Shown here: piece after piece, positions 30,821 through 41,172 of the stretch
How positions within the stretch are numbered: position 1 is the first letter of the stretch
How the letters are laid out: every line of letters starts with the position of its first letter
NCBI GenBank assembly: GCA_008369845.1
Contig: MRSU01005165.1
Location: forward strand, 1-41,172
Reading direction: 5' to 3'
Source of the DNA: Trichomonas gallinae
Taxonomy: Eukaryota
DNA length: 41,172 nt
Translations under genes and position numbers: made by a program
Notes under the pieces: model-generated
What the model saw: the letters and a program-made list of their open reading frames with translations, nothing else
Database searches by the model: none
What the model was told of the DNA's origin: nothing

Positions 30821-33019
30821 TTAACAAAGTTCAAAAACACTACCAAACATAGTTATTTTTTGTAATATTGATTCATCTGGGTCATTAATTTGCATCACTT
30901 GTGTATAAATCATTGATGCAATTCCGCTGACATCAAGATTCAATTTCATCTTGATATAAGCAACAAGATCGCACAAAGTCAAGACCAGCCTTTGCGCAGA
31001 GTCTTCGTCATCATTCCATATGTTTATTATCTCGCCGGCAATGACATTTGTCATTTCGCAGACTAAATTAACATATTCTGAATCAATTCTTTCTTGTTCT
31101 ACGATAGAAAGAATTAGTTTGAACAAAGACGAGCAGGTTGGCTTCACTAAGGCATCACTGCGCAAAATGTTAAGACTTATCTCTAACAGTTTCTTGTCTA
31201 GATCAACAATTGGAATGATTTCAACAATTTTTTCGTATAATGACAAGCAACTTTCAATATCTTGGAGGTTTTGCGATTCAAACCTTGGAATCAGTGCTTG
31301 GGCTATCTCTAATATCTGTTCTTGCGAATAAAATTGAGTTAATTGAATTAAATTCAAAATTCCGTAAATTCCATATGCGGAGTTATTCGAGTCAAGCATA
31401 CCTTTAAATAACTGATCCATTAACTCAAGATGCTCGAAATTATTTCGCATTTTCATTAAAAATTCAATAGAAAGTAGGTAAATTGATACAAAAACATCAC
31501 TTCCAAGATCTGCATTGCTGAAATTCGATAATATAGATGGATAAACTTCAGATAAATTAACAAATATTTGTGCATCGCGTGTTACTTCGAGAATATGAGC
31601 TATTGCTTCAATACAATGTGAACTCTGTACAATGTTGGAAATATCTATATTCTCCAGCAAACATTCAATAAGATGCGGAATTAATTCTTGTCCAAACTGT
31701 GAAATAAGAGCAACCATGCATTTAGTTGATATTTCAAACAGTCCTTCATCACTATATAGTATAAATTCAATGATTTTTGAAAATAATTCTGATTTTGGAA
31801 ATGAAATCAATTTAGGAGATGTTTTAATGATAGATAGTGATAATCTTGAAATTTCTGCGTTTCCTTCTACAACAGACTGCATTAAAATATCGGAAAATCT
31901 GTCATCAACAAGAGTTCCATATTCAGATTCAGCAGATGCTAAAGCATAGATTAAAATAAACGACTTTCTTGTAAGATTTTCATCTATATTCTCATATATA
32001 ATTGCGCTATATGACTCATCTAGCGTTAATAACATTTCTAAAATAATTTTGATTAAATATAATTCAGTGTTTTCATCTTCGTCAATATATTGTATATCTG
32101 CAAAGCTGTCTAGTAAATTAATGAATGTTTGCATCAGATTTTGCATGTTTTCTTGAAGAAATTGTTGAATTAGCTCTTCTGATTCGACAACGATGTTGCA
32201 CATAAGGGATAAAATGCTTGTTTTGTGTTCTGAAGTATTGATAAGCTGAATTAATGGGAAAATGAAATCCAAAGGAAAGATTTGAGTTTGCGATTTCAGA
32301 ACTTCTTTCCAGAAGTCGCAACATTCTTCTTGATAGTCACTAATCTGAGTAAGTTCAGCCATCCTTTGCAAAATCACTCCAATGTTATCACCAGCTAAAT
32401 TATCAAAATTTATAACAAATGATCTTAAAATTCGGATAACTTGTCGTAATATCGATACATTGCTTGCAGTCATGAAGTACTCGAATGTTATTGCGTATAA
32501 TTTGTGATTTACTTCGTTTGAAATTGTTAATTCTTCTAAAATATCAATAATTATCGACAAAACTAGTTCAGAAGATGTAGTAAACTTATATTTTTCAAGT
32601 ATATCGTATAATGGAGCCCAAAATGGATTTATTTGCTTGAATGCTTCAAAAAATACAAAATATTTGGAAAATGTTGCTTCTGCTTGATTTCTAATCGATA
32701 TTTCTATCTGTTCGGATGTCATTATTTGAAATATTGCTTCAAAAAAACGTGTAATAATATTTTCATCTTGTTCAAGTTTGATAATGGGATCTCTTTCCGG
32801 TATAAATGGGAATGAAAGCGTTTTTGGTAACAAAGATCGTGCAATAATCAAAGAATTTGTTAAAATTGGAGATTCAAAACTTTGAAATTCATTGATAATC
32901 GAAAATAAGACACGAAATAACTCTGCTGGAGACTCATTAATCAATGAATATATTGATTCTCTGATATTCTCACCTCTTTCACTTTCTTCGGCGAGATACC
33001 GAAAATCCTCTAAATTCAT
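30821..33019 (-). CDS. HEAT/ARM-repeat alpha-solenoid protein, possibly a divergent importin-beta/karyopherin relative
   Basis: Long acidic, I/L-rich amphipathic helical sequence. Probable start MNLEDFRYLAEES at 33019; upstream in-frame ATGs exist, so the start is uncertain. Confidence 0.65.
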   Translation of the reverse strand: MNLEDFRYLAEESERGENIRESIYSLINESPAELFRVLFSIINEFQSFESPILTNSLIIARSLLPKTLSFPFIPERDPIIKLEQDENIITRFFEAIFQIMTSEQIEISIRNQAEATFSKYFVFFEAFKQINPFWAPLYDILEKYKFTTSSELVLSIIIDILEELTISNEVNHKLYAITFEYFMTASNVSILRQVIRILRSFVINFDNLAGDNIGVILQRMAELTQISDYQEECCDFWKEVLKSQTQIFPLDFIFPLIQLINTSEHKTSILSLMCNIVVESEELIQQFLQENMQNLMQTFINLLDSFADIQYIDEDENTELYLIKIILEMLLTLDESYSAIIYENIDENLTRKSFILIYALASAESEYGTLVDDRFSDILMQSVVEGNAEISRLSLSIIKTSPKLISFPKSELFSKIIEFILYSDEGLFEISTKCMVALISQFGQELIPHLIECLLENIDISNIVQSSHCIEAIAHILEVTRDAQIFVNLSEVYPSILSNFSNADLGSDVFVSIYLLSIEFLMKMRNNFEHLELMDQLFKGMLDSNNSAYGIYGILNLIQLTQFYSQEQILEIAQALIPRFESQNLQDIESCLSLYEKIVEIIPIVDLDKKLLEISLNILRSDALVKPTCSSLFKLILSIVEQERIDSEYVNLVCEMTNVIAGEIINIWNDDEDSAQRLVLTLCDLVAYIKMKLNLDVSGIASMIYTQVMQINDPDESILQKITMFGSVFELC

Positions 33020-33481
33020 CTGACTTTTCTTCTGAAAAAACCATGTAATTCCTTTGACTCTGAGCATAATGAATTCAAAATCAGAGAAACAAGTTCTCAT
33101 ACTCACTTAAAATTTGACGAAAACAATATATGCGAATTATTTGTCTGTGATACTGATAAAGACATCACTCTTCGCGATAAAAACTATAATAACATACTGA
33201 AGCATTAGGCGCAGTGATGAAAACATGTATCGTGCAGAAATGTCCACATCGAACGAAAAAACTACCTAAATCATGATGTAACAGACTGATTCATCATTTT
33301 TCTAAATATACATTTCTTGGTTGAGTAGTTTGATTGAGAAATAGTTTGTAAGATTTAGAACGTAAAGGATTTTTAAGAAAAAAAGGTCAATTGGACGATC
33401 AAAAAATAATCGAATGATCCAATGATAATAATATAATTACAAAAAAATAAAATAATAAAATATATCAAATATCAAATTAAC

Positions 33482-35239
33482 TTATTTGGCTCTTCCACTT
33501 GTGCACGGCCCTGTCCACTTCGTCTCAAAGAAGTGGAAGTTGCTCATCTGTATCTCAGGCTCTTTCTTTCCCTCAGCCTTGTTCTTCGGTGGAACTTTCT
33601 CTGCGAGCCAAAGAGCTGTCTTTCCGAGTGTCTCCATGTTCATCGACTGAAGAATCCTCGGGAAGGCGTCCATCATTGTCGTGATTGTGACATCTGGCAA
33701 AACGGCCAACTGGTCGAATCCTCTGACGATAATTGCTGCGACGAAATATGTCAGCCAGTTTGCCGGATATGGCGAGCAGTTGAGCTGGAGCCACACGGAC
33801 CAGATCTGTGGGAATGAGCGCTTGAACAGTAAAACGAAATCGGAATAGCACCAAAGAAGACCGTTGAGGTTGTTCCTATGCATCCAAATTGCGGCGAGTG
33901 GAGAGACTTGTTTGAGAATCGCGAAGACTGAGTCTGCCTGGAACTGGCACTGCTCTGTAACATTGGCGAGGAGCTTCAAATGGTCTGTGTTTCTAAGCAT
34001 TGCATCGAAACACCAAAAGATTTGAGGTAAGAATGGCTCGTGATTGATAATATTGCCATCAGCATCGACTGGGCAGCCCTCTTGATTCCAGTTTGGCAAG
34101 AAAGAAAGCAGAATTGGAACGAATAAATCATTCATACCTTGCAAGTAGCCGATTGGTGGGTTGAAGATGCAGTATGTCTTAAGGAGCATTGTAACCATCT
34201 TAAGACCTGGTGCATCTTGATTCTTGAAGGCTGCAAGCTGACGATCAGTACGACTGACGTCGTGCTTGATAACTCTGAATGCGCCGCTGAGTTTCTTGTT
34301 GTTCTCGATCTGCTGTTCCTTGTATGAGAGTGCTTGTTCCATAAGGGACTTGAATTCGTCATTTAATTCTTGTGTAAGTTTATCGCGCTCTTCTTTTGTA
34401 GAATCAAGGGAGTAAACACCAAAAACAAATGGTAAAGCACGTGGAAGTACCTCCGGATCAATGCCAGAGTCGAAAAGTCTCTTGCAGAAAGATTCACTAT
34501 CTTTGAGTTTGCCTTTTTCATCGAATAAATCGTCGAATTCAGCTGCCGTAACGTGTGGATATGTGGGGCGGACTGCAGAAGCGTCATCTATTTGTTTAAG
34601 GACGCGATGATGTGCAGCGCGCGCAGCAGAAGCAAGCGGGAACTGTGGATCTTTCGGAAGTGTATCACTTGAGTCGAGGTGTGTAATTAGTGTTTGGAAG
34701 AAGCTGTGTAAGCAATCCCAAAATCTTGGTAATTCGATTGTAGCGTCAACATTAAGCTGAATGTGTGGTGGTGTATATGGGTAGACTCCACGATGGCATC
34801 TGCGGTAGAATTCAAGCGAAAATTGCTCGCCTGGTGAAGGAACCGCGATTCCATTTATGATAAGCTGTTCAACAAGTTCTGTCATTGAAATAAATTCGGT
34901 GTCTGTAAACGAAAATGTGCGAGTTCCTGGGACGTCAATTCTCGAAATAGAAAGAGCAAGCGGTGAATGATGAAGTTGAAGTGTCGAAACTTGGCTGCAA
35001 TCGATCCTGAATTGTGCATTTTGGATCCACTTATCATCCTTGGGTGCTGTATTTGCGGATTGAGCTAAAAGAAAATGGGCTGTTGTCGTGCCATCGAATG
35101 GTGTCCACTGAAGCTGGAATATTTCCTCAAAGCGGGAGAGCACAAGAGTGCCGTTGGACCCGAGATTTTTGCCTGAGATGTCAGTTGTTGGCTCTATTGT
35201 ACAGAGTTGAAATCTACGCGCGGCACCAGGACTTGCCAT
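33482..35239 (-). CDS. TBC-domain Rab GTPase-activating protein (TBC1D15/Gyp7-like)
   Basis: IKHDVSRTDR (Arg finger), GYLQGMNDL (Gln finger), FWCF and LLFKRSF; N-terminal GTLVL..LQWTP region resembles TBC1D15/16-type proteins. Confidence 0.88.
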   Translation of the reverse strand: MASPGAARRFQLCTIEPTTDISGKNLGSNGTLVLSRFEEIFQLQWTPFDGTTTAHFLLAQSANTAPKDDKWIQNAQFRIDCSQVSTLQLHHSPLALSISRIDVPGTRTFSFTDTEFISMTELVEQLIINGIAVPSPGEQFSLEFYRRCHRGVYPYTPPHIQLNVDATIELPRFWDCLHSFFQTLITHLDSSDTLPKDPQFPLASAARAAHHRVLKQIDDASAVRPTYPHVTAAEFDDLFDEKGKLKDSESFCKRLFDSGIDPEVLPRALPFVFGVYSLDSTKEERDKLTQELNDEFKSLMEQALSYKEQQIENNKKLSGAFRVIKHDVSRTDRQLAAFKNQDAPGLKMVTMLLKTYCIFNPPIGYLQGMNDLFVPILLSFLPNWNQEGCPVDADGNIINHEPFLPQIFWCFDAMLRNTDHLKLLANVTEQCQFQADSVFAILKQVSPLAAIWMHRNNLNGLLWCYSDFVLLFKRSFPQIWSVWLQLNCSPYPANWLTYFVAAIIVRGFDQLAVLPDVTITTMMDAFPRILQSMNMETLGKTALWLAEKVPPKNKAEGKKEPEIQMSNFHFFETKWTGPCTSGRAK

Positions 35240-35319
35240 AATTTTGATTTTTTTTTGCGAAACCGTCTTTTTCCTTCTTTTTCGATTTTTCTTTATTTTA
35301 TCTTATTATAGTTTTTTCT

Positions 35320-35650
35320 ATTTGATTTCCAGTTGAAAACTTGTTTCCTTCTTTGAGAAATTATTGAATTTCGAAATTGTTTTTTTTCTACTAATTGGGC
35401 GTTAGATATGCAATATATAACATATCACATAATTGATTTCGGTTGAAAATATGTTTTTATCATTGAGAAATTTTGAAATTTGGAATCGTATTATTTATGG
35501 CAATGGGACGATAAATATATCATATATGACATATAAAATAATTGATTTCCAGTTGAAAACAGGCTTCTATCATTGAGTAAATATGAGTTTAAAAATTGTC
35601 TTTTTTATAGCAATTTGATTTTAAATAAATCATGTATGACACATATCAAA
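35320..35650. repeat. Degenerate tandem repeat, 3 copies of ~110 bp, upstream of the TBC gene
   Basis: TTGATTTC(CA/G)GTTGAAAA...TTGAG blocks start at about 35320, 35431 and 35540, each ending in an ACATAT-type segment. Confidence 0.75.
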
Positions 35651-36299
35651 TTTGTGGGCTATATGCAAACAGTGGATTGTATAGAAGAATTTTTATTTGA
35701 TAATTCAAACTGACGTTCTGGGTAGTTTATGCTTTAGATCATATTATAACTTTATGCAATCTAATACATATCGACTATTTTCAATGCAGTGCTCAAATCT
35801 TGAGGGAATTTGATGATGTTTAGTGAAACTTTGGACCTGTATTCATTGGCAAAGAGAATAAGAATCCACTGATGCTGGAAACACATTAATAAAGAATCTG
35901 CCATTTGTATATTTACAATGTCATTTTTAATTCATCTGACATCGTAAACAATCTTTTTTTGACAATCAGCATAAAAATACCAGATTTCCAACACTACAGC
36001 AAAATACCAATAACCTCATGGTACCTTGGATGCTATAAGTGTATTCGTCATCCTTAGACAGAACAAAAGATTCAAAATCAAGGATTTTGAATTCAGAGTC
36101 ATTTGAATCCAACGGATTTTAATTGAATTTCGAATTCAAAACGGACTTGGTTTTCATATAATTCGACGTTGTTAGAATCATTTAGTGGTGTTAATCAGAT
36201 GGTAATATATAACAATCGACAGACACAATAATTTTATAAAAAACGTGAAAAATATAAATTTTCGAATAAAAACTACAACATTTACGCATAATTTTCTGT

Positions 36300-36815
36300 C
36301 TACATTTCCCAAAAATCAGTCATTACATCAATATCTGACCTACATTCTGAAAAAATGTCGTCAATATTAAAATTGCTATCTTCTGGAAATAGTTCGACTT
36401 CAGTTGTAATAATGATATCAGACTTATTCATCACTGCCGAAAGTCTTCTGTTAATATAATTTTGATCAATCTTTGAATTTCTTGGACGTTTAATAATGTG
36501 GAAGTTGAACCTGTTCTTAATCATGTTATCAGTTCTCCCATTGAAGTACTTGGATATTTCTACCCATTTTGGACCTATTGCACTATAAAGATTCACAAGC
36601 ATTGCGTCTTCTTCTTCTGTCCATGGCTTATTGTTAATATCAGGCTTTAAGTATGCCTTGTATCTTTCCCTACATTGTTTTTCGGTGCGATCTGTTAAAA
36701 TTGATGCAATCTTTTCCCAATCAAAGCCAAAACGTTTCACTAATTCCATTAAAACAGCATCCTCTTCTTTGGTGAAGCACCTCCTCCTCTTCTTGATACT
36801 TATGTTGGACGACAT
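36300..36815 (-). CDS. R2R3 Myb-like DNA-binding protein
   Basis: FTKEEDAVL..DWEKIA..RTEKQCRERY..YLKP, PWTEEED..GPKWVEISKYFNGRTDNMIKNRF; acidic C-terminal tail. Confidence 0.93.
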   Translation of the reverse strand: MSSNISIKKRRRCFTKEEDAVLMELVKRFGFDWEKIASILTDRTEKQCRERYKAYLKPDINNKPWTEEEDAMLVNLYSAIGPKWVEISKYFNGRTDNMIKNRFNFHIIKRPRNSKIDQNYINRRLSAVMNKSDIIITTEVELFPEDSNFNIDDIFSECRSDIDVMTDFWEM

Positions 36816-39123
36816 ATAAATATTTGATTATTTAATAAAATTGAGTTGGCTGCTTTCAAATTCACAATTTACCATTTTATGCGCGCGGAATAATTATCTC
36901 TCAATAGTGATCATTATTACATATTATTTAAATCTAGTAAATGATATGTGACATGTTAACGGGACGATAAAGTACTCAAATCAGGCATTAATGTCAGACG
37001 ATAGAAAAATCCAAAGAAAATGATCTACAATAATGACATGTTCGAGTCACCATTTCCTCTCAATAATTGTGTTCGTGAAATATTGGATTTATAATCAATG
37101 AAATGTATACATCAAAATTAGTTTCAAACCGAAATGGAAAAATGTTGATCATTTTGTATCTAAGGGAAATCATAATAAAAATAGCATAAAACAAATGTAT
37201 AACACCACTGTTTACATAATATCTATTTGTTGTTCTATAAATTTCAAATAATATTTTTCATAAACTTGAGATATATGTATCTCAAAACATTATCGTTGGT
37301 TTACGGATTAATTCCGGAAAAACCAATTGGTAGTTGTTGATTAATTCATTAATTTTGTGTTTAGAAATTAAATCTTAAATACATGTATTTCTTTGGGAAT
37401 TTGGCATTTTATGGTTTATATGTTTGGATATATGTAAGTAAAGATTTGAAATAGAACTTCATTTAATAAAACTGTTTCATTTTCCTTTTCTGTTGAATAA
37501 TCACATGCATAACAACCTAAAATAATATCTATACAACTATATCACCCCATTACTTACATTTGTTATAAGAAATAACAAAGTATGGAATGCATGATTATGT
37601 GAATACTAAATAATATCAGCTATAATTAGTTGTAATGCTATTAGATAGATGTAATAAAGAAATTTGCAATGCATTCACATGAAAATAACAGGTATTTCAT
37701 GCGGACAAAAGATGAATGTTCACAAAGAAAATGAGTTCGTGGGAATTATTGAAGAAAAAACAATAAATATACATAATAGATATATATTTAGGTGTTTATA
37801 ATCATCATAAAACAGCCGAATTTTGTGAGTTTTTCGGCGATATTTGAATGTGATAAAATGACTTGAACATGTCACAAAAATGACAGTTGCGTCCTATCAA
37901 TTTGTTTGATTTATTCAACAAAAACATGTCTCCGTTGTCGGGTTAGTTTTGTATTTTTATGTATTTGCTTTAGTATTAGCTACAGAATTAAATGTAAAAA
38001 CCAATGTACCCGATTCTGACAAAAATTCAATGGTTATCAATTTGTTACCCTTAAAAATTGAGTTTCACGTTAAATGAAACAAACCGCCAACCATTACGTT
38101 TTGGATCGTGCATATATATACCAAGGAAAATTATTGTTTTTATTCTAAAAATTGTCTCAAAAATATGTCGACGTTACTAATGATTGCACTTCTAAATACT
38201 TTATAAGTATATATTGCCGATAAAAAGTTCGATAGTTATACTCATTTTTGTAATTCGATTATTCAAAAGATTTTGTATCATCATTTAGATATTAGAAATA
38301 TAACATACAACAACTTTTACACAGTAACATAATGAAAATCACGACATATTTCGTCGAATATCCAAAAGCAAGATAATAATGATGATGAAATATGAAAAAA
38401 CGATGCCATCACATTCTCATGAACATATATAGGTTAGTTATATCATTGAACTCTAGAATTTGGGGTTAATTTCTTCTCTTTCACAGCAGATTCTTTCTTC
38501 ATAATATATTTCTATGACAGATAATCGATAATATTATGCTATCATAAAAGAATTTGTTAAATTCTGATATCAATTTTTTTTCATTGCACAAAATACTTAA
38601 TGCAATGATTGATCATACGACGATTACTGTAAAGCCAATATACAAACTTGGCTATAACAGGTTTAAGTTGCTCAAATAGAAATATGAAAGAATATTCTAC
38701 AACATAGAACTTCATGGAATTGGATAAATCATTGAATTAATGTTGTAGCCATCACCTAAATGAATTTTATAATTGAATGTTAAAATCTAGATATAATTCC
38801 ATATATTAAAAGGTTTTACTATAATTTATATATCTAGAAAATATATAACAGAGTTAATATAGATACGAATGTCCAATAGTTAATTAAATCTATATTTTAC
38901 ATTTTTATTCTATTATTTTGAGATCAAATACTTATCTAATCAAATTACTTTGACATGTTATTTATTTGGATATAAAACTCTAATATTTGTGAAATAAAAG
39001 AGTTATAATGATTGATTTAATGAAATGTTATGAAAATAGAGAAAAAATTTTGTGCTATTTAATCTTTATGAACATATTAATAAACCCAAATTTTAGAAAA
39101 ATTAACAATGAACCATAGCGAAA

Positions 39124-40368
39124 TTAAAGTTTCTTGGTTGAGATATTCTGAAGGAAATCCATAAAGTCATCATTAGAAACACCGTCTTCCTGTGGCTGTG
39201 GATATGATGGAGGGTTATGCGGGGCAGCGCCGTAGCCCTGCTGCATTGGTGGCTGATAAGATTCCTGCATTGGTGGCTGGTACTGCTGCTGAGGTGGCTG
39301 GAATTCGAATGTTGATGGAGTAGCAGGTGGGACACCCTGTGGCAGTGGTGGCTGGTATTCTGGTGCTGGAGCTGGTACTGGAGCGGCCGCAGCTGGTGGG
39401 GGAGCATAATCTGGATAAGATGGCTGGCCGTTATTGGCTGGTGGATATGATGGTGGGTTAGCAGAAGGTGCTGGATATGATGGAGCTGGATAAGCTGGAG
39501 CTGGTGCTGGAGCAGCAGAAGGATTGCCGAAATCAATAAGATCTGGAGCCGCTGGTGTAATTGGGGCTGGAGCAGGGGCTGGTGCTGGAGCCGGCTTTGG
39601 AGCTGGAGCTGGAGCACCATTCTGCTGTGGGATTCCGCGGGCAGCGAGTTGCTTCAATCCTTCAAGATTGCAAGTTCCAACCTTTGAGAAATCGCTGAAT
39701 GCCTCCTTGCATGCGACGCAGTACTGTTCTATGTATGCGATAACATCAAGAAGATACTTGTTGCTGATTGTTGGCTTTAATTCTTTAACTCGTGTATGAA
39801 TTTCGTGAATATTTGGTAATAATTCATTAAGTAATGGATCATCGGCTGTAGCGTGGTTGTTCATAGCTGTTTGCATAGCATTATTGAACATAATAAGTAA
39901 TTCAAGACATCCAGAAAGTTCTGTTGTGAATTTGCGAACAATTGCATCTGTCATGACATACTTGTAATGATATGAGCAAACATTTCTCTGCCAATCGATG
40001 AATTGTTGTGTAAGGCACTGATGCTTCTGAGCAGTAGTCATCCATGATGCGGAAACACCACAAATTGCTCTGTGGAATGATGGATCGCGAGTAAAGAATT
40101 CATCTGCGAAACCGAGAACTGTTGGATTTGTAACTAAACGCTGAATGACACTTTTATTGCAATTCTTGAAGAAACCATCAACCAAACTTAAAGCATTTAA
40201 TTTAACAGCACGATTGCCACCTCTTGCGACTTGATTAATCGTTTCGAAAATAGTCTTATCATGTTTAGACGAGTGATTTAATTTTTCGATGATATCAAAG
40301 GCACGGCCCCAGTCGATATCATCTTGGCCTGTCTCTATTGCACTCCTGACAGCTGATGCGAGCGACAT
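39124..40368 (-). CDS. TOM1-like VHS-GAT endosomal adaptor with Pro-rich tail
   Basis: VHS-like DIDWGRAFDII and KLNALSLVDGFFKNC, helical GAT-like region, DLIDFG motif, P/A/Y/Q-rich tail and terminal GVSNDDFMDFL. Confidence 0.7.
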   Translation of the reverse strand: MSLASAVRSAIETGQDDIDWGRAFDIIEKLNHSSKHDKTIFETINQVARGGNRAVKLNALSLVDGFFKNCNKSVIQRLVTNPTVLGFADEFFTRDPSFHRAICGVSASWMTTAQKHQCLTQQFIDWQRNVCSYHYKYVMTDAIVRKFTTELSGCLELLIMFNNAMQTAMNNHATADDPLLNELLPNIHEIHTRVKELKPTISNKYLLDVIAYIEQYCVACKEAFSDFSKVGTCNLEGLKQLAARGIPQQNGAPAPAPKPAPAPAPAPAPITPAAPDLIDFGNPSAAPAPAPAYPAPSYPAPSANPPSYPPANNGQPSYPDYAPPPAAAAPVPAPAPEYQPPLPQGVPPATPSTFEFQPPQQQYQPPMQESYQPPMQQGYGAAPHNPPSYPQPQEDGVSNDDFMDFLQNISTKKL

Positions 40369-40942
40369 TTGAGAAAAATGCAGAAACCGCTTTTTCCTCT
40401 CAAAAAAGAAAAATTTTTATCATCGCCGGTGAATTTTAATCGTAAATTTGTACAAAAACTCGGTTCCGATAATTTTCGATTTGCATCCTGCAGACTTTTT
40501 CTCTTTATATACGCATTTTTTGCCTGCAAAACCTCAAAAATTTTTGTTTCATTAAGGTTTATGTAAAGTGTCAGATATTTACAAATTTTGACTTTACAAT
40601 TTTAATCATTTTTTTGTATCTTAAGAATTTCACCATAACTGCACAATTTAACTATTGATAACCAATATATGTGGCAAATATAGATAGTAAAGTCTCATAT
40701 CTTGGTTAAATTTGCAATTTCTAAGATAAAAAGGTTTGTGTGAATTGACAAATTTTTCAATAAAAATTTGACAAGAATTAGTTTACAAATTTGCTATTTC
40801 TAATTTGATCTAATTCAGTGATAATTGGTTTTAATATATAATATAATGAAATAGTCCATCAATGATGAATTGAATACAACACATTAGACTTTAATCATGC
40901 GCATTTTTTGAATACAGATAATTGCTACATAAGCTTGCAAAA

Positions 40943-41140
40943 AGTGGAACTTGTGGAACTCGATTTTTTAGTGGAACTTGGTGGAAGAGTACAAGTTAAC
41001 CTTATTTTTTTGAAAAAAAGTAACTTATTTTTATTTTGTCGTTTTATGAGTAATTTTATGCGTCAATACCTTATTATTAATAATAGAATGGTGTTTATAA
41101 TTGTCACTTAGGCTTCTCCATGTGGAACAACTTTGTGGAT
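40943..41140. repeat. Cluster of GTGGAAC-type short repeats, probably promoter of a gene beyond the window end
   Basis: AGTGGAACTTGTGGAACTC and AGTGGAACTTGGTGGAAG at about 40943-40987, and TGTGGAACAACTTTGTGGA at about 41121-41139. Confidence 0.45.
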
Positions 41141-41172
41141 TTCGTGAAAATTAAATTTTTTATATTAAATTT

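Noticed and set aside
35760..35950. Short minus-strand reading FQHQWILILFANEY, reminiscent of a TBC C-terminal motif
   Set aside because: A single weak motif in a 47-codon frame; insufficient evidence for a pseudogene call.
36070..36092. Perfect 10-bp hairpin ATTCAAAATC-AAG-GATTTTGAAT downstream of Myb
   Set aside because: AT-rich, low-stability stem; such hairpins arise by chance and bacterial-style terminators do not apply.
39102..39799. Overlapping Gln/Leu-rich and Gly/Ala-rich ORFs over the VHS-GAT tail
   Set aside because: Frame-shifted and antisense shadows of CCA/GCT-rich Pro-Ala codons.

Overview
AT-rich eukaryotic DNA with about 22 compact, apparently intronless genes. The gene families (Pmp-like and F5/8-type-C proteins, a short R2R3-Myb, a transmembrane cyclase-like protein, ankyrin debris), short TCA[CT][TA]-type initiator contexts, recurrent AAAGTGAC promoter words and stop codons in TAAA context all point to a parabasalid (Trichomonas-like) genome. 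This taxonomic call is inference. Recognisable genes: MAK16, GET3/ASNA1, IFT57, a TRIC/TMEM38-like channel, a P4-ATPase-like protein, a PP2A B56 subunit, centrin, ornithine decarboxylase, thiamine pyrophosphokinase, a TBC Rab-GAP, a Myb factor and a TOM1-like VHS-GAT adaptor. No rRNA, tRNA, CRISPR or intact mobile element was seen, and I cannot support a coherent novel multi-gene system. Best leads: (1) a full-length P4-ATPase with the phosphorylation Asp and other catalytic motifs lost; (2) an intact PAS-containing membrane protein with a dead cyclase-like domain; (3) two promoters built from ~20-bp periodic motif arrays; (4) a secreted-type EGF protein whose signal peptide begins at TTG with no ATG available; (5) a 15-bp inverted repeat upstream of ODC; (6) orphan promoter-like and snoRNA-like intergenic islands. 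All family calls are from motif recognition by eye, without database searches.
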